IMG/VR virus record: IMGVR_UViG_3300045988_181003 | Location: 336,902-400,901 of that record | Length of the DNA stretch: 64,000 nt | Origin: a virus | Reading direction: 5' to 3' (one strand) | Part shown: one piece after another, positions 1 through 10,714 of the stretch | Numbering within the stretch: the stretch's first letter is position 1 | Layout of the letters: the number at the start of each line of letters is the position of its first letter | Position numbers and translations under genes: made by a program | Notes under the pieces: generated by a model | Databases searched by the model: none | The model's input: only the letters and a program-made list of their open reading frames with translations | Told to the model about the DNA's origin: nothing

Positions 1-49
1 TTATCCAACAATAGATCATCAATCAACTGATACTTTAGATACCAAGCTA

Positions 50-523
50 TTGAGAGATAAGGATTACTTGAAGGAATTTATATTCAATCCAGGATCTTGG
101 TTATTTTTAGGGAATGATAATGATGATCATCCGTCACAGTTTTTTATAGTACCTACTGAGACCTACCCTTATAAGGTGATAATTCATTTTCCAGGGATAG
201 GGGATGATATTTATGAATTTAGAGATTATCCAACAGTTCAAGAATTGAACAGTGAGATATGGAGTGTAGTTAATTCTCTAAATTATGATCCAAAATCTGA
301 TAGTATGATAAATAGAAGAAAAATAGATGCCTCAGATACTACTAGTAAATTTGTATATATTTGTATTTTTAATGAAAAACTTTTATATGTGAACGAAGAA
401 CTGGTGGCTCCTAGTTCTATTAATACTCCACCAATGAAATACTATCAAGAAATTATTGGGAATAATCCAGAACAATGTAAATTTATAGATTATGAAATCA
501 AATCAGAGTTCGGGGTATTTTAA
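50..523 (+). CDS. hypothetical protein (start may be a TTG codon; the window begins just upstream)
   Basis: 157-codon ORF, co-directional with downstream operon; no recognisable motif. Confidence 0.45.
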   Translation: MRDKDYLKEFIFNPGSWLFLGNDNDDHPSQFFIVPTETYPYKVIIHFPGIGDDIYEFRDYPTVQELNSEIWSVVNSLNYDPKSDSMINRRKIDASDTTSKFVYICIFNEKLLYVNEELVAPSSINTPPMKYYQEIIGNNPEQCKFIDYEIKSEFGVF

Positions 524-1508
524 TCCTAATAATATCCTTTTCTGTGGGATAAATCATTTTAGACCAGGCGGAGCTTTTACTGGGAGTACTATTCCTTCAA
601 AAACATTGTATCGGAATGGAACATACCTAGTTAAATTAGATGATGATGGAACAAAAGAATTTATTGGTGAAGTTTTTGAATCAGATTTTCCGGATTCCAT
701 TGATGTTAAAATCACTAATAATTGTAACTATGGATGTCCATTCTGTCATGAATCAAGTATCCCTGGTGGAAAAAATTGTGATACCGAGAAATTACTTGAA
801 AAGTTAGGTCAATTGCCAGATGGTGTTGAATTAGCTCTTGGTGGTGGGAATGTATTACTTCATCCAGATATAAAATTAATTACTGATGAATTGAGCAAAA
901 AATTTATAGTAAATATAACTTTATCGGAAAATGACTATATTAACGAAAAGTCTAAAAAGACTATGCAAGAAATTTATCAGAATATTAATGCAGTCGGAAA
1001 ATCAGTTACAAATAGTTGTAATAGAAAAATAGAAACATTAAGATATTTTGATATTGAATTCTCAACTATGGTAAAAACTGAAGTTATACATACTATCATT
1101 GGAGTAATCCAACCAGACCAATTTGAATACATCTGTGAATCTAGTCCTAAAGTTCTTTTACTTGGATTTAAACAATTCGGGAGAGGAGAAAAAATAACTA
1201 TTGATAAATTAGATGAATGGAAAAAAGTTGTCAGAAAAATAAAATATCAAATGAATACCAAATATAATAATTTAACATTATCTTTTGATAATTTAGCTCT
1301 AGAACAACTTGATCTTAAATCAGCATTTCTCAAAAAAGATTGGGATAGATTTTATCTTGGTGATGAATTCACCCATTCAATGTATTTAGATGCAGTAAAT
1401 GGAGAGTATGCTCCTACGTCTAGATCACCAAAAAGTGAGAGAGTTTCTTGGGATGGATTAGATATAATAACTTATTTTAAAAATAATCATGTTAGAAATA
1501 CTAACTAG
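492..1508 (+). CDS. radical SAM domain protein
   Basis: CxxxCxxC cluster (NNCNYGCPFCHE) followed by glycine-rich GGGNVLL motif typical of the radical SAM core; exact subfamily (QueE/NrdG/viperin-like) not resolvable by eye. Confidence 0.6.
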   Translation: MKSNQSSGYFNPNNILFCGINHFRPGGAFTGSTIPSKTLYRNGTYLVKLDDDGTKEFIGEVFESDFPDSIDVKITNNCNYGCPFCHESSIPGGKNCDTEKLLEKLGQLPDGVELALGGGNVLLHPDIKLITDELSKKFIVNITLSENDYINEKSKKTMQEIYQNINAVGKSVTNSCNRKIETLRYFDIEFSTMVKTEVIHTIIGVIQPDQFEYICESSPKVLLLGFKQFGRGEKITIDKLDEWKKVVRKIKYQMNTKYNNLTLSFDNLALEQLDLKSAFLKKDWDRFYLGDEFTHSMYLDAVNGEYAPTSRSPKSERVSWDGLDIITYFKNNHVRNTN

Positions 1509-2130
1509 AGAGGAATTTTTCGAGGGTTTATCAGATCCTTATGATTATAAAATTTTTCCAGGTATCCCTACAATTCATAGTGACTTTGAAAGTATGTCTA
1601 TTGTTGATGGGGAACCTATATGGACAGAATTTTCCAATATCTTTAAATATTTTAGATTTAATGATCCAGATATTCTCTTAACTGATGTTGGAATTAAATT
1701 TATTAGTTTGTCTGGTATCAAAGAAAGAATAATTTTTTCAAAACAGACTTTCCCAGTACATCTTAAGAATGATCTCGAAGATTTTTGGGGATATCTAAAT
1801 TCAGAAATTACCAAAACAAAGGGTGGATTTGGATTATTCCAGAATTTCCTAGATTCTGTCGAAGTGAAACAATTACCAAACGCTCCTAAAAATTATTCCA
1901 CTGATAAAATTCATTTATCTGATTTTAGATCATACTCAACATGTCTATTTAGAGATGAGAATCGTGATAGTGAGACTTGGTGGAAATTAAAGAAAGGAGA
2001 TCGAGAGTATATAATTAATTGTACTCCTCAAAGTTGGTCTAATTATTTATATACATTTAATGTAGGCCAAGAGACAAGAAAAATAATAGAGGAATTATTT
2101 GCACTTAAATTATGGATATTGAATCGTTAA
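1489..2130 (+). CDS. hypothetical protein
   Basis: 213-codon ORF in operon, 20-nt overlap with upstream gene. Confidence 0.45.
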   Translation: MLEILTREEFFEGLSDPYDYKIFPGIPTIHSDFESMSIVDGEPIWTEFSNIFKYFRFNDPDILLTDVGIKFISLSGIKERIIFSKQTFPVHLKNDLEDFWGYLNSEITKTKGGFGLFQNFLDSVEVKQLPNAPKNYSTDKIHLSDFRSYSTCLFRDENRDSETWWKLKKGDREYIINCTPQSWSNYLYTFNVGQETRKIIEELFALKLWILNR

Positions 2131-2522
2131 AACAAATGATAGTAAATATAAATTCTTCCTTACCATATTATGAGAAAGATTATATTTCTGTCAAGAGAAC
2201 TCCACTTGGAGATAAAGAAAGAGTGGAATCATTTAGACAATTTATTGAATGTAGACTAAACTATGAATGTTTTAGTATACCAGAACTTAGACCTTACGCC
2301 GAAGCCTTTGATGGGCATCTATTTGAGGTAACAGCTGTTTACGATCAAGATGAAACCAGAAGAAGATTTTCTTTAGTCCAAGCAGAATTATGTAAATCTA
2401 GTGATACCTATATTGGCGAACAAGATTTTTTAGATTCACTGGATGAGATAGAAGACGTCTTAGGGGGATCAACTTTAAAATTTAATTATTCACAAAAGAA
2501 AACTAAAATTTATATCGAATGA
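2112..2522 (+). CDS. hypothetical protein
   Basis: 136-codon ORF, overlapping stop/start with neighbours. Confidence 0.45.
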   Translation: MDIESLKQMIVNINSSLPYYEKDYISVKRTPLGDKERVESFRQFIECRLNYECFSIPELRPYAEAFDGHLFEVTAVYDQDETRRRFSLVQAELCKSSDTYIGEQDFLDSLDEIEDVLGGSTLKFNYSQKKTKIYIE

Positions 2523-4090
2523 AAGATTGGAGATTAACTAGTGATGTAGTTGCGTTTATAGTCAACAAGGATACTGTATATTTTGCAGATCCTTCTAAAA
2601 AGAAGTATATAGACCCCGTAAAACGAATATTCGGTGGTGCTTCCGCAGAAATACATCTTACAAACAAAAATTTCAAAGCACAAATAAAAAAAGATGTAAT
2701 TCTGGTGAAAAACGAAAGTTTGCCAGACAAAGATCTTTATTATAAAGTTGGTAATATAGATCCTAGCAATATTTTTGAAATAGCCGAGGGTTCAACTATC
2801 CTGAGGGGAGATATTCAGGAAGAATTTGAACTAGTATTCCATAGTGAGGCAACTTCAGTTAGACTAATAACTAAATCGATGTCTTCTTATAAGGAAACTT
2901 TGGAAGAAATGAGAAGAAGACTAAACTGTGAAATCTACTCCAGAACTAAAAATTGGAAAGTAGGATATCGTTATGATTCTATAGATAGTTCATTATATTA
3001 TCTTGGTGAAGTATCTAGTCATAAAATCCATCCCACCAATTCATCATTTTATGAAACTCCTCAAAGAACTGTTCATTTGTTTGTAACAGAAATTGATGAG
3101 GATACAGAAAAATCGGTATCTGAAGTTATTAAGAAACGTCTTTATGTTAAAGATGAAAAAGATAGAAGTAACCGATTTAGAATCTGTATGAGAGATAATG
3201 TTGGAACTTTGGTTGAATCTGGAAAATATCTAGAAGATGATGTAACTAGTATAAAATCACTTTGGGAAGATATGGTAAATACTTATCTTGAGAAAAAGAA
3301 AAAACAATATTCTCCTAATTCGTCTTTATATTTTCATGAAGATGTTTCTAGCCTACTGAGGATATTTGATTACACAGATCTCACTGATGGGGAAGTTAAA
3401 ATATCTGATTCAATTAAGTCTAAAGTAGAGGAAGTGATCTCTGAACATTTATATAAATATTTGGTAGATTATTATGATCTAACTCATTATCATGTTGAGC
3501 AGAGTGTAAATTCTAAGAAAGGAAGAGATAAAAATGTTGATGCACTTATATCATACTTCTATTACTCATTGGATGATAGTAATACTTTGAAGATCAGTTA
3601 TTATTCTGATTTATTTAAAAAAATCGGAATTGATCTAAAACAGATAGCTGATAAAACATTAACTAGATTTGAATGTAATAAAGATTCTTTCGATAATGAT
3701 ATAGAAAGTTTATTAGATTATGAAAATTACTATAAGAGACACGATTATAATAAATATAATAAGTCAATTGACCAAAGATCTCTTAAAACTTCAGCATCAT
3801 ATAAAACTTTAAACGATTCTATATCAGGTAATCATTTGAGAGATGCTATTATGAAATTATTCAAAGAAGCTAGAGATAGTTTTGGTGGATATGTTGAAAA
3901 GTATGAAATTATAAACTGCGGAACATTAAGAAAACCGACTAATATCACTACATGTACAATATCAATAATGAATATCATTAATTATTTTGGTGGAATAGAT
4001 AAAATGTCTGAATTCTTAAAGAAAGATATAATTAGTGAAAAATTCTTTTATATCACTATTTGGGTTCCGGAAAATGAAGATTTAAAATAA
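2519..4090 (+). CDS. hypothetical protein
   Basis: 523-codon ORF, ATGA-type start/stop coupling with upstream gene. Confidence 0.5.
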   Translation: MKDWRLTSDVVAFIVNKDTVYFADPSKKKYIDPVKRIFGGASAEIHLTNKNFKAQIKKDVILVKNESLPDKDLYYKVGNIDPSNIFEIAEGSTILRGDIQEEFELVFHSEATSVRLITKSMSSYKETLEEMRRRLNCEIYSRTKNWKVGYRYDSIDSSLYYLGEVSSHKIHPTNSSFYETPQRTVHLFVTEIDEDTEKSVSEVIKKRLYVKDEKDRSNRFRICMRDNVGTLVESGKYLEDDVTSIKSLWEDMVNTYLEKKKKQYSPNSSLYFHEDVSSLLRIFDYTDLTDGEVKISDSIKSKVEEVISEHLYKYLVDYYDLTHYHVEQSVNSKKGRDKNVDALISYFYYSLDDSNTLKISYYSDLFKKIGIDLKQIADKTLTRFECNKDSFDNDIESLLDYENYYKRHDYNKYNKSIDQRSLKTSASYKTLNDSISGNHLRDAIMKLFKEARDSFGGYVEKYEIINCGTLRKPTNITTCTISIMNIINYFGGIDKMSEFLKKDIISEKFFYITIWVPENEDLK

Positions 4091-4091
4091 A

Positions 4092-4370
4092 ATGGCAAAA
4101 CAAGAAAACATTGAACAATTTGGAGTAATCTCTGAAGCTCTTGGTAATTCTTTGTTTAGAGTTGAACTAGATACTGGGCATTTAATACTTGCTCAAGTAT
4201 CTGGTAAAATGAGAAAATTCTATATCAAAGTCGTACCGGGGGATAGAGTAAAACTTGAAATAAGTCCTTATGATCTAACTAGAGGCAGAATAGTGTCTCG
4301 ATTGGATAATTCTCAATCAGTTAAGAATAAAGAAACTGATAAAAACGAAGAGAAACCAAAAAAGAAATGA
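4092..4370 (+). CDS. infA: translation initiation factor IF-1 homolog with K/E-rich C-terminal tail
   Basis: [68 protein letters not shown] aligns almost residue-for-residue with bacterial IF-1 (S1-like OB fold, FRVEL..GH...A..SGKMRK..I....GD.V..E.SPYDL..GRI). Confidence 0.9.
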   Translation: MAKQENIEQFGVISEALGNSLFRVELDTGHLILAQVSGKMRKFYIKVVPGDRVKLEISPYDLTRGRIVSRLDNSQSVKNKETDKNEEKPKKK

Positions 4371-4395
4371 GAGGGCAATGCCCTCTTTATTTTTC
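4371..4395 (+). terminator. rho-independent terminator after infA
   Basis: GC hairpin gagggcAATgccctc followed by TTTATTTTT. Confidence 0.7.
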
Positions 4396-4435
4396 CTCTT
4401 AAAGCCTTATACATGAAATATAAATAAATTAAAAT

Positions 4436-5179
4436 ATGTATAAAATTGGAGATAAAATTTGTTTTTGGCTTAGAAATCAAAACAAAAAATTAATAGATTT
4501 TTACTTATATGAGGTAACTTCTCCTGCTCTATCCAGTGATTGTCTTCCATTTATTTCTTTAGTTAAAGTTAATGAGAAAACAACTCCTGGAATTTATTTT
4601 ACTGGGGAGGATACTGATATATTCAGTTGGGTTTTTGGAGACAATGATAGAAGAGGGATAGTTAATAAAAGTATTAAATATCTGGATAAGGTATTAAAAG
4701 ATTCTTATGTAGAAGAAAGTAGTATGGGTCCATATTCTTTTCCGTTCATGGAAATAGAAAAAGATCCAGATGAAATCTTAATTGATTTGGTAATAAGACT
4801 AAGGTATACTATTAGGAGAAAATACTATAACTTTGAAGATGGTTCTTTAGTAGATCTATATTTACCAAAGAAAAATTTTCTATTACAAGTAGGATCTAAT
4901 GAAGAAGAAATTTGGTTGAATCCGATTTGTTCTTATAATAAACAAGATGTTTTACTAGATTATCCAGAAAATCTTAAAACTTCAATATTTAAATTACTAG
5001 AGAATAATCTTAATAAATATTATCTAGAAAAATTGAAGAAGTACTTAGGAATTGATATATTACAGAGTCCAGATAAATTTTTAACACTAAAAAGAAAAGA
5101 TTTGAAAAAATCAGAGAAAGAAACAATAAATAATGTACTGAAATCTTTAGAATGGATTTCAATAAAAAGAAAAAAGTGA
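4436..5179 (+). CDS. hypothetical protein
   Basis: 247-codon ORF. Confidence 0.45.
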   Translation: MYKIGDKICFWLRNQNKKLIDFYLYEVTSPALSSDCLPFISLVKVNEKTTPGIYFTGEDTDIFSWVFGDNDRRGIVNKSIKYLDKVLKDSYVEESSMGPYSFPFMEIEKDPDEILIDLVIRLRYTIRRKYYNFEDGSLVDLYLPKKNFLLQVGSNEEEIWLNPICSYNKQDVLLDYPENLKTSIFKLLENNLNKYYLEKLKKYLGIDILQSPDKFLTLKRKDLKKSEKETINNVLKSLEWISIKRKK

Positions 5180-5652
5180 TGAATAAATTAATACAATTAG
5201 TTATAATTATCTTATTATATATAGGATTTTTCTATTCCTCAGGGATGGCAAAAGTAACAATAAAAGAAGAAGTTCTAGAGGATTCTGTAGAGAATATAAT
5301 AGAATGTAGATATGATACTGTTTTGGCTACTAAATATAATCCAGTACCAGAACAGTGTGGAGAAGATTGTTTAGTAACAGCCGATGGCACTACTATAGAC
5401 TTAGATAAATTAGAAAATCATGATCTTAAATGGGTAGCTGTATCTAGAGATCTTTTAGATAAATACTCAATGGGAGATACTATTATATTAAAATCTAAAA
5501 ATCATAGAATATCTGGTGAATGGATAATTCATGATGTAATGCCTAGTCGATGGAAAAATAAGATAGATTTATTGGTCCCATTGGATGATGAATATGAATT
5601 TCATAACCCACATAAAGTAATAATTAAGAAAAAAGAAAGTATAGGAACTTAA
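5152..5652 (+). CDS. hypothetical secreted/membrane-anchored protein
   Basis: N-terminal hydrophobic segment LIQLVIIILLYIGFFYSSG. Confidence 0.45.
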   Translation: MDFNKKKKVMNKLIQLVIIILLYIGFFYSSGMAKVTIKEEVLEDSVENIIECRYDTVLATKYNPVPEQCGEDCLVTADGTTIDLDKLENHDLKWVAVSRDLLDKYSMGDTIILKSKNHRISGEWIIHDVMPSRWKNKIDLLVPLDDEYEFHNPHKVIIKKKESIGT

Positions 5653-5672
5653 TCCTATACTTTTATATTTTT

Positions 5673-7850
5673 TTATTTCTTCTTCAGAACTTTAAGATAA
5701 TATCCCTCATTATCTTTTTTCATTTTTTTCATATCTTCCAATGAAAAAGTTTTAGCATATTTCTTAATATATCTTTTATATGTACTTTCAGACATACTCC
5801 GATTTTTGCTGAGATATAATCCAATTTTTAATATTAAATCTCTTTCAGATTTAACTAATTCCTCTGTTTTATTTTGAAATGCAACCAATAAAGAATACAT
5901 CGTTTTCTTTATACTTTTTACAGAACCAAGAGATTTAGAATCTAGTATTGCTCCAATCAGGTTTAAATCGTCAGAAATTCCAAAAGATGAATTAGTAGAA
6001 TGATCAATTTCACCACTTGTAGCAGCAAATTGAATTGGTTCTAAATATCCACAATTATATACAGCTTCAGCTAATTTATTCCAGGCAGTTGAAATATCAC
6101 TGCTAGACCCTAAAGTGCATTTTTCTTCTGGATAAAATTCCCGTTCTCCATAGTAACCAGCCAAAGCAATCACTATTTCGTTATCTAATTCTTCAATTGA
6201 ATCACTAGATTTTCCGTCTTGATCATCAACTTCACTCCACATATATCCACCACCCATAGATGAGATAGATATAATTGCAGTCGGAATTTCACCAGTTAAT
6301 TTAGAATAAATAACAGCATGTGCTGCTTCATGAACAGAATGAATTGCTATCTTATTACAATTACTTGGACATCTTAATGTTCCAAGTGCTAATTCTTGAG
6401 AAAAATTCACAGATTTGATTTTTTTATCTTTTCCCCAAAAATCCAAAATTATAGTAGCTTTTTCTCTATCAAAATTATTCTCCTTAACATCAAAATTGAC
6501 CGATACTACTTCATCAGTTTTATTAATCAATATAGATGAAAGTTTTGGATTAATCATAGAATTAATTGTAGTAATAACTGGTCTAACACCTTGTGTTGGA
6601 TAAACTCCTTCTGAATAAACTAACTTTTTCATTTTGGCAGAAAAAGTTAACTCAATATTGGCTACTTCTTTAAACCTATTAGATATTCTAGTTAATTCTT
6701 TATCAATGATTTCTTCAAAATCTTTCTTCCTGAGGGAAGGATATTTGATTATATTATTACCTAGTCTACCAACTTGTTCATCCCTAAATTTTTCTTGAAG
6801 TGCTTTCTTTAGATCGGTGATACCGACATTAGATGTCATTTCATGAAATATATCAGCACTAACATCTGGATCTATTTCTTTCTTAACCCCAAATGCTTCA
6901 TCTAAATTTCCTAAGATAAAGATTAAAGATTTATTACAGTTCAAGATTTTTGGTCTAGTAAGAATTTTGATATATTTCTTAACCAACTCTATCACATCTG
7001 CTAAGGATGTCATTGAATTTATTTTCCCAACAACTTTATATCCTAATCCAGATTCGATTCTATTTAATCTTCTCATCAAGACATAGAGTTTTTCTTTTGG
7101 TATTAATTCAAACTTATCTCCATCTTCTTCTCCATCACTACAAGTTTGAAATTCTCCTCTATAATAAAGACCTAAAGTATCCTTTAATTCAGATATAACT
7201 GAAGGAATATTTGGAAAATATCCTTTATCAGCTCCTAACCCTGGATGTTCATTAGAAAAGTATTCCAACTCTTCTATAAACATTACGAAATTATTAAGAT
7301 CATACTGATATGAATTTATATCAAGTACACCATGATCCATTAAATTCCAAACAGATCTTAAAGTAGGTTTATCAATTTCTTTTCCTTGTTCATCCAGTGT
7401 TCTGGCGTATTGAAATTCATCAAAAACAAAGATGAAATCTTTTGGAGTTCTTTTTTTGATCTTATCTGCGCTCGGATTTAATTCCATTTCAGAATAAAAA
7501 TCTTTATCTGCAAAAGGATCTATATCACCAAGTCCATCACTTGAATTATCAAATAAGTCATTTAATTTTTCTGCTACTGAACTTTCATTAGTATTCGTTT
7601 CTTGACCGCAGTCAAAAAATATACTTTTATCTGATAAATCTAGATAATTAATTAATTTTCGGATAACACTAGTTTTTCCTGTCCCAGTCAATCCCCATAG
7701 AGATACTACTACTGGTTTTTCCAAAATTTCTGGTGTAACATACCAAGGAGTAATGTTCTCTATAATCTGATCAATTATATTATCAATACCGATAAATTCA
7801 GATTTTAGTTTTAATTTCGCCTCTTCTAATGCTTTTATTTTTTCTAACAT
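5673..7850 (-). CDS. P-loop NTPase fused to HExxH metallopeptidase-like domain (FtsH/M41-like architecture)
   Basis: Walker A GLTGTGKTS near N-terminus, acidic Walker-B-like FIFVFDEF, and HEAAH zinc-binding motif (SVHEAAHAVIYS) in C-terminal half. Confidence 0.5.
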   Translation of the reverse strand: MLEKIKALEEAKLKLKSEFIGIDNIIDQIIENITPWYVTPEILEKPVVVSLWGLTGTGKTSVIRKLINYLDLSDKSIFFDCGQETNTNESSVAEKLNDLFDNSSDGLGDIDPFADKDFYSEMELNPSADKIKKRTPKDFIFVFDEFQYARTLDEQGKEIDKPTLRSVWNLMDHGVLDINSYQYDLNNFVMFIEELEYFSNEHPGLGADKGYFPNIPSVISELKDTLGLYYRGEFQTCSDGEEDGDKFELIPKEKLYVLMRRLNRIESGLGYKVVGKINSMTSLADVIELVKKYIKILTRPKILNCNKSLIFILGNLDEAFGVKKEIDPDVSADIFHEMTSNVGITDLKKALQEKFRDEQVGRLGNNIIKYPSLRKKDFEEIIDKELTRISNRFKEVANIELTFSAKMKKLVYSEGVYPTQGVRPVITTINSMINPKLSSILINKTDEVVSVNFDVKENNFDREKATIILDFWGKDKKIKSVNFSQELALGTLRCPSNCNKIAIHSVHEAAHAVIYSKLTGEIPTAIISISSMGGGYMWSEVDDQDGKSSDSIEELDNEIVIALAGYYGEREFYPEEKCTLGSSSDISTAWNKLAEAVYNCGYLEPIQFAATSGEIDHSTNSSFGISDDLNLIGAILDSKSLGSVKSIKKTMYSLLVAFQNKTEELVKSERDLILKIGLYLSKNRSMSESTYKRYIKKYAKTFSLEDMKKMKKDNEGYYLKVLKKK

Positions 7851-7867
7851 AAAATTAAATTTATTTA

Positions 7868-8446
7868 TTAATCTTCGTCTTTATTATCTTCTGACAGGTC
7901 TATATTTTCATTTGGTGCAACGAATATTTGTCTTGAAATAACTTCATCCTCAGGACCATCAGTTGACTCTGTAAATTTGTAACAAATCCTAATATATTCT
8001 GATAAATTTTTTATCCAATCATCTAAATCATCAGATAATTTAAGAATAAACATAGATAATCTAGCTAATTCTTCTATCGTAGACTCTATTTTATTGCTTA
8101 ATTCTATATCATCACTGAAATGCGGATATGAGAATAAAACAAGATTCTCATCTATCAAATCAACCCTACATAGTCTAGGAGATGCTTTTTCTAATACTTT
8201 ACAGCAAGTAAATATATTAGAGGCCATTTCTTTAGTAGAAATTTCATAAGAAATTATTTTCATATCATTTGCTACTATTTTCTTCCTGATTATTTCAGTT
8301 TCTATTCCACCAACGGTAGTGTTTAGGGTTTCTTCTTCAATACCCCCAGATACTACGTCAAATGGATTATATCTTTGATAGATATCTTCTTTAGTATATA
8401 AAGAAATGTCAAAAAATCTATTAAATACTATACCACTTGCTATCAT
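7868..8446 (-). CDS. hypothetical protein (acidic C-terminus)
   Basis: 192-codon ORF. Confidence 0.45.
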   Translation of the reverse strand: MIASGIVFNRFFDISLYTKEDIYQRYNPFDVVSGGIEEETLNTTVGGIETEIIRKKIVANDMKIISYEISTKEMASNIFTCCKVLEKASPRLCRVDLIDENLVLFSYPHFSDDIELSNKIESTIEELARLSMFILKLSDDLDDWIKNLSEYIRICYKFTESTDGPEDEVISRQIFVAPNENIDLSEDNKDED

Positions 8447-8532
8447 AACTTATATATTTATTAATTACATAGATAAGTATATCATGGTCTGGGGGATGTA
8501 AAAACCTTAATAGTGTATTAAATATTTAAAAT
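8447..8532. promoter_or_regulatory. divergent intergenic region, presumed promoters for leftward and rightward gene blocks
   Basis: strand switch between minus gene starting at 8446 and plus gene starting at 8533; AT-rich. Confidence 0.3.
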
Positions 8533-10083
8533 ATGAAAATAATAAATATTAAAAATTCAAAACTTAGACTAGTTATTCAAACTAGATCAGAATTAGTTTA
8601 TGGTAGTACTAATACTGCAGTTCTTAGAAATAAGAAACATTTGAGGTATCAAAGTGTAGTATATAATTATAGTACTGATCCAGACAAATTTGTTGATCCG
8701 AAATTGATATCAACATGTGGATTGAAATCTATAATTATTCCAGAGGAAGTTTCGACTGTCATGTTTTTGGAGAAAATTAATGATAGAAATCCAAGTGATA
8801 TAAAATTGGATACTGATGAATGTAATCATGTGCTAAGAATGATCTTTGGATTTTGTTCTGATTATCCAGAAGTTACAGAAGCATTAGCTCTAGCAACAGA
8901 TTCTAAAGAAGTTGTTTTAAATTACTACTCTACTTATGGTGATGTTGGATTTTTACAGTTCAGAAGCTATCTTAGACATAAGATTAAATGGATGGATTTT
9001 GAGCCGCAAGATAAATTTGAAACCACCTATAAATATAATGAGAAATGTCATCGATATTCGGTAGTAAGCTTGGTTGAAGATTTAATCAAAGATGAAGCTG
9101 GAATAATAGTCAGTGATGATCTGTACAAATATCATAGAATTTCTGGCAAAACCTCTCATAGAGTAGAATTGAAAAGCTTAGATTCCTTACAAGCCTACAA
9201 TATAACTGGAATACAAAGAAATAAAGGAAGAGCTAACTTGTCACTATCTTATAAAGTACCAGTTAAGGTTTCTATTCCTAGCAGTCCATATACCACCGAG
9301 AAAGAGTTAAATCTTGTAATGAATAAGAATTTTTGTCTGATCAAAGATGGAGTGAAAAATGGAAAATATCTTGGTGTAAAGATTTCTAACAAGTTAGCTG
9401 GTAAATTTAAAAAATTAGGAATCATTGATACACCGTTGGTATATTCTGGTGAATATTTATTAGATCTAGAAAAGTTACCAGTTGCTACTAGATCAAAAAC
9501 TAGACAAGTATCAGCGATGTATTTAGCTAAAAAGGAGATTCAAAGTTTGGTTTTATCAATTAAACTTAAGTATTTAGAATATTATTTAAATATATTATCT
9601 CCAATTTCTCAAGAAGAAAAATATTTAAGAACTCTTGGAATATATGGGAAGAAAACTTATTCGTTAAATTTCGATAAAACTGGATTATCTAGTGGATATT
9701 ATACAGTTAGAGCATTAAGTGCTAGTAGTTATCCAAATCTTAAATTTTCTAAGAACTCAGTTTTCGCATTAGTTAATAAATATCGTGCTAAAAAGACTAC
9801 TGGTGATCAAATCATGGATGGGATATTTAGTTCAATTCAATCTGAGATTGATGAGATTGGGACAGATAAGATTTCTATTCTTCAGCAAAAATTAATTGAA
9901 GAGAAAAAGAGAATCGATACTGACATATCTGAAAGAAAATTTAGATTTATAATGTCCAAGAAATGTATATTCTCTGATCTCAAAAGAGGGAAGAAACAAT
10001 CAGTTCCAATTTATCTTGAGGGACAGTTAGTAGATGTTAATTGGACTTTTTCAACTGAAAAAATATATTATTATGATAAATAA
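8533..10083 (+). CDS. hypothetical protein
   Basis: 516-codon ORF. Confidence 0.5.
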   Translation: MKIINIKNSKLRLVIQTRSELVYGSTNTAVLRNKKHLRYQSVVYNYSTDPDKFVDPKLISTCGLKSIIIPEEVSTVMFLEKINDRNPSDIKLDTDECNHVLRMIFGFCSDYPEVTEALALATDSKEVVLNYYSTYGDVGFLQFRSYLRHKIKWMDFEPQDKFETTYKYNEKCHRYSVVSLVEDLIKDEAGIIVSDDLYKYHRISGKTSHRVELKSLDSLQAYNITGIQRNKGRANLSLSYKVPVKVSIPSSPYTTEKELNLVMNKNFCLIKDGVKNGKYLGVKISNKLAGKFKKLGIIDTPLVYSGEYLLDLEKLPVATRSKTRQVSAMYLAKKEIQSLVLSIKLKYLEYYLNILSPISQEEKYLRTLGIYGKKTYSLNFDKTGLSSGYYTVRALSASSYPNLKFSKNSVFALVNKYRAKKTTGDQIMDGIFSSIQSEIDEIGTDKISILQQKLIEEKKRIDTDISERKFRFIMSKKCIFSDLKRGKKQSVPIYLEGQLVDVNWTFSTEKIYYYDK

Positions 10084-10714
10084 CAAAGAAAAAATCTTAC
10101 CATTCCTTAGATTTAAGGATAGTAGAAAGAATGATATTTTCTATCTCATTCAGGTTCTTCAGAGAAGAAAAGAAAATCCTGATATGAAGAAAGACGTATA
10201 TCAAAGAGGGTACTGGTTTATAACATCCTTAGAAGAATTAGAAATCCATTGGGAGAGAATTGTAAAAACTTGCAATGATTACAATGCTAGAGCTTATGTT
10301 AATATTAATGCCTCATCTCAAGAAATGTTGGCAAAATTAATGCAAGTTGAGTTATCTAAAAGAATTCTCAATGGAGATTATTCCGCTATTTATAAATTGA
10401 ACTATAAATTAGGAATCTCTAAGAATGTTCGTGATAGAAATTTTCAGAGTAAACCATATTGGCTGATCGATTTTGATTCAGAAAATATAGAAGACTTGGA
10501 AAAAGTAAAAAATTTAATAAAAGAACATACATCGATTGTCTCTGAGTTAAAAACTTTATCAGGTTATCATTTAATAGTTGAAGCTTTCAATTATGAATCA
10601 GGACTTAAGAGTTATCTGAAAAGAACTAAAAGCGATGATAAAAATTACGAGTTTGATGGAATTTCATTCTCATTAAAATTTGATCCAAATACTGTATTAT
10701 ATTATGGCAAGTAA
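10034..10714 (+). CDS. hypothetical protein
   Basis: 226-codon ORF. Confidence 0.4.
   Translation: MLIGLFQLKKYIIMINNKEKILPFLRFKDSRKNDIFYLIQVLQRRKENPDMKKDVYQRGYWFITSLEELEIHWERIVKTCNDYNARAYVNINASSQEMLAKLMQVELSKRILNGDYSAIYKLNYKLGISKNVRDRNFQSKPYWLIDFDSENIEDLEKVKNLIKEHTSIVSELKTLSGYHLIVEAFNYESGLKSYLKRTKSDDKNYEFDGISFSLKFDPNTVLYYGK

Noticed and set aside
1575-1814. Short ORFs nested in or antisense to long genes, from 60 up to 208 aa (the 208-aa case is 34850..35476 (+)): 1575..1814 (-), 2503..2730 (-), 6415..6603 (+), 7007..7198 (+), 10626..10817 (-), 11742..11978 (-), 12228..12452 (-), 12620..12856 (-), 18667..18918 (+), 27230..27448 (+), 28162..28344 (+), 29497..29712 (+), 30728..30922 (+), 31242..31466 (+), 33540..33776 (+), 34850..35476 (+), 37030..37356 (+), 38889..39185 (+), 39968..40165 (+), 44107..44373 (+), 44978..45223 (-), 49510..49785 (+), 52089..52355 (+), 56402..56626 (+), 56673..56903 (+), 57372..57629 (+), 59324..60412 (+), 60572..60769 (-), 61528..61737 (+)
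   Set aside because: Each is fully or largely embedded in a much longer ORF on the opposite strand or in another frame. These ORFs are AT-rich and low-complexity and lack start context.
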